Position numbers and translations under genes: made by a program | The notes under the pieces: generated by a model | Databases searched by the model: none | What the model was told of the DNA's origin: nothing | The model's input: only the letters and a program-made list of their open reading frames with translations | Part shown: in pieces, positions 1 through 4,873 of the stretch | Position numbering within the stretch: the first letter of the stretch is position 1 | How the letters are laid out: each line of letters begins with the position of its first letter | Source: Rickettsiales bacterium | Lineage (GTDB): Bacteria > Pseudomonadota > Alphaproteobacteria > Rs-D84 | Assembly (NCBI GenBank): GCA_031259365.1 | Contig: JAIRLP010000091.1 | Span: 1 to 5,009 of the forward strand | Direction of reading: 5' to 3' | Length of the DNA: 5,009 nt

Positions 1-129
1 ATATGCGTTAGATTCTCCAAGAATTTTTGCCAAAGTAGCTTGAGACAAACCTTTTCGGTTTCTTATCTTCACCATCTCTGTAATGAATGATTTATATTTT
101 GGATCGAAAATTGTTTTTAGTCTAGTCAT
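1..129 (-). CDS. XRE-family helix-turn-helix transcriptional regulator, N-terminal 43 codons only (gene continues past the left edge)
   Basis: Reverse complement of 1-129 reads ATG (129..127) then MTRLKTIFDPKYKSFITEMVKIRNRKGLSQATLAKILGESNAY with no stop. The segment IRNRKGLSQATLAKILGESNAY matches the classic XRE/Cro-type HTH pattern (R..kGLSQ..LA..lG.s...). An AAGG lies about 9 nt upstream of the ATG. It is absent from the ORF track because it is edge-truncated. Confidence 0.65.
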   Translation of the reverse strand, partial: MTRLKTIFDPKYKSFITEMVKIRNRKGLSQATLAKILGESNAY

Positions 130-157
130 ACCTAGACCTTATTAGCAAACACTACTT

Positions 158-174
158 ACTAAGAAATTCTAAGT
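158..174. promoter_or_regulatory. Candidate operator: 17-bp dyad ACTAAGAAATTCTAAGT upstream of the HTH gene
   Basis: Seven of 8 symmetric positions pair around centre a166, with only a161/a171 mismatched. The dyad is nested almost concentrically inside a 7-bp inverted repeat, TTAGCAA (142-148) / TTGCTAA (183-189). It lies 29-45 bp upstream of the HTH start codon. Autoregulatory operators of XRE regulators typically sit in this position. Confidence 0.3.
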
Positions 175-245
175 GGAATGAATTGCTAAATCATTAAACA
201 TAAATACCCTTAAAAACTTAAGAAACAGATTCATATTTCTTTATA

Positions 246-332
246 TGTCATCCCGTGACTTGACCACGGGATCTAGGTTATAGAGCAACTACATTGTTTA
301 CCTAGTTCCCGTGGTCAAGTCACGGGATGACA
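246..332. repeat. Nested inverted repeat (REPIN-like doublet): 33-bp arms 246-278 and 300-332 with a 21-nt spacer
   Basis: The arms pair at 32 of 33 positions under the rule i+j=578, with t272/t306 the only mismatch. Each arm is itself a hairpin. The left arm is ATCCCGTG-ACTTGAC-CACGGGAT (250-272), an 8-bp stem with a 7-nt loop. The right arm is its complement (306-328) with a 7-bp stem. Confidence 0.85.
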
Positions 333-388
333 CCAGAAAAAGAACAAAGGCTTGCCCTGACACACAAGTTCATGATAACCCGGATGTT

Positions 389-712
389 ATGCAAAAATAT
401 TATTATGTTTATATCATGGCCAGTGACAGAAATGGCACATTATATATCGGGTTCACCAGCAACCTTTCCCAACGAATTTTTGAACACAAGAATCATTTAA
501 CACCTGGTTTGACCAGCAAATACAATGTGGAAAAACTGGTCTATGCCGAACGTTTTGAAGATGTTAACGAAGCAATCTGTCATGAAAAACGTTTAAAAGA
601 ATGGAAAGATTTATATGAAGATTTAAATATGTTGTTATTGATTAATAACCTAGGCATTAAAAATAAAAAGAATATTACAGATGTGGATTGTGGGGCGGCA
701 GGAGTGTATTAG
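389..712 (+). CDS. Small stand-alone GIY-YIG nuclease-family protein (COG2827/UPF0213-like), possibly decayed at the C-terminus
   Basis: Translation from ATG389 is MQKYYYVYIMASDRNGTLYIGFTSNLSQRIFEHKNHLTPGLTSKYNVEKLVYAERFEDVNEAICHEKRLKEW.... It carries the GIY-like (YVYIM) and YIG (LYIGFT) motifs, the conserved Arg (QRIFEHK) and the Glu (HEKRLKEW). The track ORF begins at GTG311, but codons 1-26 lie inside the right arm of the palindrome. Family members start immediately before the first beta strand, so ATG389 is preferred. Confidence 0.8.
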   Translation: MQKYYYVYIMASDRNGTLYIGFTSNLSQRIFEHKNHLTPGLTSKYNVEKLVYAERFEDVNEAICHEKRLKEWKDLYEDLNMLLLINNLGIKNKKNITDVDCGAAGVY

Positions 713-762
713 ACACACATGACCAAAGCCCAACGGCCACAGATGTAATGTTATATTCAATT

Positions 763-2055
763 TTACCAGGTCATGGATTTGTAAGATTTCTTGCCCACAG
801 TATCGCCGAACATGTCGCGCTTTTGTTGGGAAATTGTTTCATACTGGTCTGATGAAATAACACGCAGAACAAAACTTTCATCGTTGCGCTGTGCCAGAAC
901 TGGGATGATACGCTGATCAGATACACCTGTATCGTGTAAAACCTGTTCCACAATCGCCAAACGACGTGCAGCCAGCTTGCGTCCATCCAAAGATATTGTT
1001 GCACGCTGTGGGATAGAAATTTGAATAGCCCGTTTTGGATTACTTACAACAATACCCGCGTATTCGCTTAACAGATTATAATTGTCACGTGACAGTGCAG
1101 AATCATCCCCGCGGAAGCCAATTTTGATTTCCAGCGGGCGAACGCCCCCAGATTCAGACAAATCGCGTGTGGATGTAAATCCTTCCATTTCAGAAGTCAA
1201 ATCACTGGCCACATCAAAACGATCATCAATACGGTATGTGGACAAATGCTTGTTTTCTGATAAATAAGTTTTCTTAAATGCCTTTTTCAATTCGCTTGGG
1301 GACATTTTTGACATGTCCTTTTCGACGCTGGCGACCTTTGGTTCAGCACGCGAATTTCTTACCTGTCGTACAACAACATCTTCTTCCATGGGAACAACAA
1401 CGCGACGCAATGACACTTCTTCTGTCTTTTGAATTGGTTCTGATTTTTGCGCAACTTCCCGCACAGCAGGTTTTGCAGAGGCGCGCGCCACCACAGTTGG
1501 TTTCGCATCATAAGAAGAAATTGATGTCGGATGTGGCGCACTGGCGATACGGATACTTTCATCAGCCTTGCGCTGTAATTCAACCAATTTAGCAATTTCT
1601 GCATCCAGTTCAGATGTACGCGCAGCAACCGCTGGCACATCAAAAGATTCAAATGTTTCGACGGGTGCACGGGCAACAACAGCCGGTCTATCGATAAATT
1701 CTTCTGGTAAATCAAAATCGGAACGAATAACTGCAATTTCTTGTGGTTCTGGCAAACGCAATGGTTTTTCCATTCTGGCCCATAAATCACTGCTTGGTTT
1801 TTTTGGTGTCAAAATATCAGCTGGGGCGACTTTTACAATCTTTTCACCAGAATCAATTGCTGGCTTTTTAACAGCCACACGTTCAACCACAACGGGCAGC
1901 ACTTCAACCTTTGGCGTTGCTGCTTCGACCTTTTCACCGAATGCCGCGCGTGCAGACACAGACCCAGCCCCCACATTGACAACAGGCAGGCGAGCATTCG
2001 CAAATGCTGGCAAACAAGCAAAAATTGATAAAATAGAAGCTGTTGCTAAACGCAT
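763..2055 (-). CDS. Secreted or periplasmic hypothetical protein: signal peptide, long disordered linker, degenerate OmpA-C-like (or SPOR-like) C-terminal domain
   Basis: This 430-aa ORF is the dominant frame, with AAGGGAAG 5-6 nt upstream of the ATG. The N-terminus MRLATASILSIFACLPAFANA|R looks like an SPase I signal peptide (AxA). Residues about 40-300 are low-complexity with recurring P(A/T)VVARA-like units (RPAVVARAP, VPAVAART, KPTVVARAS, KPAVREVA) and a short coiled-coil-like stretch (SELDAEIAKLVELQRKADESIRI). Residues about 306-402 (nt about 850-1140) read LEIKIGFRGDDSALSRDNYNLLSEYAG...AIQISIPQ...GRKLAARRLAIVEQVLHDTGVSDQRI. This follows the OmpA-C pattern (F..dS..L...L...a...I.I.G..D...N..LS..RA..V...L...GV...RI) but lacks the GHTD-type Asp. 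Confidence 0.75.
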   Translation of the reverse strand: MRLATASILSIFACLPAFANARLPVVNVGAGSVSARAAFGEKVEAATPKVEVLPVVVERVAVKKPAIDSGEKIVKVAPADILTPKKPSSDLWARMEKPLRLPEPQEIAVIRSDFDLPEEFIDRPAVVARAPVETFESFDVPAVAARTSELDAEIAKLVELQRKADESIRIASAPHPTSISSYDAKPTVVARASAKPAVREVAQKSEPIQKTEEVSLRRVVVPMEEDVVVRQVRNSRAEPKVASVEKDMSKMSPSELKKAFKKTYLSENKHLSTYRIDDRFDVASDLTSEMEGFTSTRDLSESGGVRPLEIKIGFRGDDSALSRDNYNLLSEYAGIVVSNPKRAIQISIPQRATISLDGRKLAARRLAIVEQVLHDTGVSDQRIIPVLAQRNDESFVLRVISSDQYETISQQKRDMFGDTVGKKSYKSMTW

Positions 2056-2156
2056 TTATTCTTCCCTTCACAGCAATGTTACAACAAATCGCGAATCGGG
2101 AGCAAGCGGAAAATTGCAAATTTTCACCGACATGAAATAAGGACTGAAAATTCAGC

Positions 2157-2177
2157 ACCCCTTTGAGCGTCAGGGGT
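2157..2177 (-). terminator. Weak terminator-like hairpin 25 nt downstream of the murG stop
   Basis: On the minus strand the sequence is ACCCCT-GACGCTCAA-AGGGGT, a 6-bp stem (4 GC) with a 9-nt loop, followed by GCTGAATTTTCAG. The T4 run begins only 6 nt after the stem, so this is not a canonical intrinsic terminator. Confidence 0.3.
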
Positions 2178-2202
2178 CCAGGCAACTTATGGTGTGTTGA
2201 CA

Positions 2203-3252
2203 CTAATATCGTGTGATTTCATTCACAATTAATTGAACAGCGTTATTAGGAACCAGTGCCTTTTCAGCCATCTTGATCAGACGCGGCTGATTATCAAACA
2301 GGTCTGTTAATGTCGACGTCAACCATTTGGCAATGAATTTGTCTTGCGACACCGCAAAGCCACCACCGTTCGCCACAAAGTTTTCAGCATTTGCGGCCTG
2401 GTCTGGATTAATCGCCAATGGGACAAAGATCGCAGGACGACCAATTGTTTGTAATTCAACAACCGTGCTGGCACCACTGCGACCGATCACCAAATCACTG
2501 GATACAATTGCGCTCGCCATATCATTAATAAAAGATAAAACATTCGCGCGGATTTTATTATCAGCATAAAATTTCTGCAAACGCTTTACATTTTCAGGAC
2601 GGGTCTGATGCATCACAAAAATTTTTTTATTTTTCATCGCACTCAATGCTGCTGGTACAACTTCGTCCAGAATCTGTGCACCTAATGAGCCACCAGTTAC
2701 CAAAATTTTGGATTCTAATGGCAAAGGACTGCCCGCGGCGGCGGCAATTTCGGGACGAACCGGCAGCCCGGTATAAACCACCTTTAACGTTTTGGGATTT
2801 GGCAGACCTTCGACCTTTGGGAAACTGGTCATCAAGGTTTTAACCCAGCGCATTGTGAATTTGTTTGCTCGGCCCACAGCCCCGTTTTGTTCATGCAACA
2901 GTGTTGGTACTTTCCACAAATGTGCTGCGAATACAGCCGACACTGATGCATAACCACCGAATGCCACAACACGATCTGGACGAAAAAACATAAAGCGTAA
3001 CACCAGCGCAACTGACGACAAGCCAATTTTAAACAAGGCCCACATCTGCTTTAACTTGCTTTTGGCGCCAACACCAGACGCCCAAACAAAACACACGCCA
3101 GCCCGCGCTGGTTTGTTACGTTTAACCATATTCATAACGCGGCCATCGGTTGAAATTGTGATCTTGTGACCACCTTTTGCTAATTCTGCGGCGACCGCCA
3201 TTGCTGGAAACACATGACCACCTGTTCCGCCTGTTGCAATCCATATACGCAT
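2203..3252 (-). CDS. murG: UDP-N-acetylglucosamine--N-acetylmuramyl-(pentapeptide) pyrophosphoryl-undecaprenol N-acetylglucosamine transferase (MurG)
   Basis: The 349-aa product starts MRIWIATGGTGGHVFPAMAVAAEL, containing the MurG G-loop GGTGGHVFPA. It also has VTGGSLGAQ and GRSGASTVVEL, which are C-domain UDP-GlcNAc-binding motifs of the GT28 family. Length is typical. AAAGGGG lies 7 nt upstream of the ATG, and the gene sits directly downstream of ftsW as in dcw clusters. Confidence 0.95.
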   Translation of the reverse strand: MRIWIATGGTGGHVFPAMAVAAELAKGGHKITISTDGRVMNMVKRNKPARAGVCFVWASGVGAKSKLKQMWALFKIGLSSVALVLRFMFFRPDRVVAFGGYASVSAVFAAHLWKVPTLLHEQNGAVGRANKFTMRWVKTLMTSFPKVEGLPNPKTLKVVYTGLPVRPEIAAAAGSPLPLESKILVTGGSLGAQILDEVVPAALSAMKNKKIFVMHQTRPENVKRLQKFYADNKIRANVLSFINDMASAIVSSDLVIGRSGASTVVELQTIGRPAIFVPLAINPDQAANAENFVANGGGFAVSQDKFIAKWLTSTLTDLFDNQPRLIKMAEKALVPNNAVQLIVNEITRY

Positions 3253-3428
3253 ATCTAACCCCTTTATCTGAGTTTTAATTCCTATGTATAAAATAAATTA
3301 TAATACGGGATATACGCTGATAAAAACAAAAGGAGTGTACAACTTGGTACATGACTGGCGTTTTTATCAAGTAGATACCCTATTATAATTTGTTTTAATA
3401 ATAATTTTTTATGATGAAATAGGAAGAA

Positions 3429-3487
3429 GCAGTGGTGATTCCGACGTGTACAAGACGCACACGAGGATGAGCCACCGCGACCAGTGC
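3429..3487 (-). other. GC-rich imperfect long hairpin immediately downstream of the ftsW stop (function unknown)
   Basis: The outer stem pairs 3429-3436 with 3480-3487 (7 of 8 bp, g3432/g3484 mismatch). The middle stem pairs 3440-3442 with 3465-3467. The inner stem pairs 3445-3449 (CGTGT) with 3459-3463 (ACACG) around a 9-nt loop. By hand count, 3429-3489 is 37/61 G+C, whereas the adjacent 3361-3420 is 9/60 G+C. Confidence 0.35.
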
Positions 3488-3500
3488 TCATAAAAAATTA

Positions 3501-4637
3501 TTATTTCCATTTGTCTTCGCGGATGACGGCTAACAACATTCCAAACAATAAACAGAATGCAATGAATGAACTGCCCCCGTATGAGATGAATGGTAACGTC
3601 ATTCCCTTTGGTGCAAACAGATGTAATGCTGACATCAAATTAATACAGACTTGTGTTCCGAATAATGCGGCCGCCCCACCTGCTGTATAAAAGACGAACG
3701 GATCACGCGCACTCATCGCATTATTCACCAATCGATTCAACACGTACAACAAAGCACATAATAATACACATGCCAAGATTGCCCCGCTGTCTTCTGCGAT
3801 TGCAGAAAAGACAAAGTCAGTGTGGGCATCGGGCAAAGACTGTTTCACAAACGCGTCATCACCACTGCCCAACAATCCCCCATGTTGAATAGATTGAATA
3901 GATTGTCTGACCTGGTAATCATCACCAGTACCCGAAAAGAATCCAACAATACGATTATGCACGTGCGACATGGTAAAGAATGCAAAGACACCCGCCATAC
4001 CAACACATCCCAGCAACACAGGTATCATCCACCAAGGCAATCCTGACATAAACAACATCGCACCCAGCACCGCAAAATACAATACAGATGTTCCCAGATC
4101 CGGATGGATCAAAATAATAACAAACGCCGACACAAAGATTCCCAGATATGTCCACCAACTTAGCAACCTTGGTCGCCAAGCTTCTTTATTCAAGAATATC
4201 TCGCCATACTTTTCCTTCATCGTGGCCAAGAACCAGGCGGTCATAAAGATAAATCCAGGCTTCATCAAATCAGATGGCATAACATTGGTAAAACCAAGGT
4301 TTACAAATCGGGCACTTCCTTTGATCACAGCTGGGGCCATCAAAGTCACCAGTAACAGCAGAAAGCAAACTAAAACATTTAATGCGGATATTCTGATGAC
4401 CCATTTTTTATTTAACATACTGGATGCGAATAATGTTACCAAACCCAATCCATAAAATGGCAATGCCTTTAGAATAAAAAAGAACCAAGGTTGACCGATA
4501 CGTTCAGCCGCCACACTGCCTGCTGAAACCATTGCCCACATACCGATAAAAATAAGACCAACGACGCACCATAACAAGCGTCTATCTATTTCAAAATACC
4601 AACTGGTAAGCTTACTTTCTTCGGTTCTTTTTAACAT
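3501..4637 (-). CDS. ftsW: SEDS-family peptidoglycan glycosyltransferase / cell-division protein FtsW
   Basis: The 378-aa polytopic membrane protein carries SEDS signatures: LPDAHTDFVFSAIAEDSG (compare E. coli FtsW LPEAHTDFIF) and KGMTLPFISYGGSS. The N-terminus W..IDRRLL...AERIG resembles FtsW of alphaproteobacteria. Position immediately upstream of murG favours FtsW over RodA. ATG4637 is the only possible start because an in-frame TGA lies 15 nt upstream with no start codon in between. Confidence 0.9.
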   Translation of the reverse strand: MLKRTEESKLTSWYFEIDRRLLWCVVGLIFIGMWAMVSAGSVAAERIGQPWFFFILKALPFYGLGLVTLFASSMLNKKWVIRISALNVLVCFLLLLVTLMAPAVIKGSARFVNLGFTNVMPSDLMKPGFIFMTAWFLATMKEKYGEIFLNKEAWRPRLLSWWTYLGIFVSAFVIILIHPDLGTSVLYFAVLGAMLFMSGLPWWMIPVLLGCVGMAGVFAFFTMSHVHNRIVGFFSGTGDDYQVRQSIQSIQHGGLLGSGDDAFVKQSLPDAHTDFVFSAIAEDSGAILACVLLCALLYVLNRLVNNAMSARDPFVFYTAGGAAALFGTQVCINLMSALHLFAPKGMTLPFISYGGSSFIAFCLLFGMLLAVIREDKWK

Positions 4638-4643
4638 ATTTTC

Positions 4644-4672
4644 ATTATATCATTTTTATAGTGAAAATCATT
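4644..4672 (-). promoter_or_regulatory. Candidate extended -10 promoter for ftsW; its geometry implies a leaderless mRNA
   Basis: The minus strand reads TGATATAAT (4652..4644), a perfect TGnTATAAT, followed by GAAAAT and then the ftsW ATG (4637). That places the A of the ATG about 7 nt downstream of the -10 hexamer. The -35 is weak (ATGATT or AATGAT at 16-17 nt). No Shine-Dalgarno sequence lies upstream of the ATG. Confidence 0.4.
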
Positions 4673-4690
4673 TCTTTTTTGTGATATAAT
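4661..4690 (+). promoter_or_regulatory. Candidate extended -10 promoter driving the rightward leader and secreted-protein gene
   Basis: The plus strand has GTGAAA (4661-4666, 4/6 to TTGACA), an 18-nt spacer, then TGATATAAT (4682-4690), a perfect extended -10. The predicted TSS is about 4697. Its -10 is the exact inverted copy of the ftsW-side -10, 29 bp away. Confidence 0.45.
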
Positions 4691-4698
4691 CCTAGACG

Positions 4699-4721
4699 AC
4701 ACCGAAAAGCGTTTTCGGTGT
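4699..4721 (+). other. Perfect 10-bp stem / 3-nt loop hairpin at the predicted 5' end of the rightward transcript
   Basis: The sequence ACACCGAAAA-GCG-TTTTCGGTGT pairs 4699-4708 with 4712-4721 with no mismatch. It starts about 2 nt after the predicted TSS. No T-run follows on either strand, so it is not a terminator. Confidence 0.6.
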
Positions 4722-4759
4722 TGGGGTGTGATTGCCCTTTTATTGGTGTCCGCAGGGAT

Positions 4760-4784
4760 AAAAAAAACTCCAACTTGGTTGGAG
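4760..4784 (-). terminator. Canonical intrinsic-terminator-like hairpin plus T8, oriented toward ftsW, with no obvious upstream gene
   Basis: The minus strand reads CTCCAAC-CAA-GTTGGAG (4784..4768), a 7-bp stem with 4 GC, followed immediately by TTTTTTTT (4767..4760). Confidence 0.5.
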
Positions 4785-4843
4785 GGCGGGTGTTATATAT
4801 AGAAGACACCGCACAATTTCCAATAAATTGCAATCAACCTCCA

Positions 4844-4873
4844 ACCACCTGTCTATCTGGTGGTGTTTTATTT
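4844..4873 (+). terminator. Terminator/attenuator-like hairpin just upstream of the RBS of the 4893 CDS
   Basis: ACCACC (4844-4849) pairs with GGTGGT (4859-4864), giving a 6-bp stem (4 GC) with a 9-nt loop. It is followed by GTTTTATTT (4865-4873). It ends 8 nt before the AAAGGAAAA ribosome-binding site. Confidence 0.4.

Noticed and set aside
311-388. GTG311 start giving a 133-aa GIY-YIG ORF with a 26-residue N-terminal extension (MVKSRDDTRKRTKACPDTQVHDNPDV)
   Set aside because: The GTG and the first 7 codons lie inside the right arm of the 33-bp inverted repeat. The extension is not protein-like. Family members begin right before the YVYI strand, so ATG389 is the more plausible start.
2076-2105. 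A possible minus-strand promoter for the 430-aa gene (TTGCTC, 18 nt, TAACAT)
   Set aside because: Only 3/6 and 4/6 matches, so it cannot be distinguished from chance in AT-rich DNA. The gene may instead be co-transcribed with murG.
2193-2202. A perfect TTGACA (2196-2201) on the plus strand near the murG stop, and the GTGT..ACAC mini-palindrome
   Set aside because: No acceptable -10 lies at 16-19 nt (CATTCA). The site points into the antisense of murG, and the palindrome loop is too short to fold.
771-2203. Multiple ORFs overlapping the 430-aa gene (+190 aa at 1568-2140, +104 aa, +61 aa, -143 aa, -77 aa, -62 aa, -89 aa)
   Set aside because: These are shadow ORFs in alternative or antisense frames of a longer, coherent CDS. 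Their translations are Ser/Thr/Cys/His-rich and compositionally odd. They have no RBS and no recognisable motifs.
2327-3026. Short ORFs antisense or out of frame within murG (80, 65 and 64 aa)
   Set aside because: They lie entirely inside a confidently identified murG and have no independent signals.
3282-3491. A 69-aa minus-strand ORF filling the ftsW-murG spacer (MSTGRGGSSSCASCTRRNHHCFFLFHHKK...)
   Set aside because: There is no Shine-Dalgarno sequence. Its first third is simply the GC-rich hairpin read as codons, and the remainder is AT-rich intergenic sequence (FLFHHKKLLLKQIIIGY...). It could in principle be a small protein, but nothing supports that.
3484-4455. ORFs antisense or out of frame within ftsW (68, 79, 74, 74 and 161 aa)
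   Set aside because: They are shadow ORFs inside ftsW with low-complexity, non-protein-like translations.
4645-4671. An 8-codon minus-strand mini-ORF (MIFTIKMI) just upstream of ftsW, considered as a leader peptide
   Set aside because: It lies downstream of the terminator hairpin, not before it, so it cannot drive attenuation. It overlaps the predicted promoter core and has no RBS.
4751-4793. Superficial resemblance of CGCAGGGATAAAAAAAAC...GGAGGGCGGG to the c-di-GMP-I (GEMM) riboswitch core
   Set aside because: Compared with the consensus as I remember it, the conserved GGCAAACC / GGGACGCAAAGCC elements and the tetraloop-receptor arrangement are not present. No known riboswitch class can be assigned by eye.
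4645-4833. A 62-aa minus-strand ORF (TTG start) upstream of ftsW
   Set aside because: It reads straight through the hairpin-T8 terminator and both promoter boxes, with no RBS. It is most likely non-coding.
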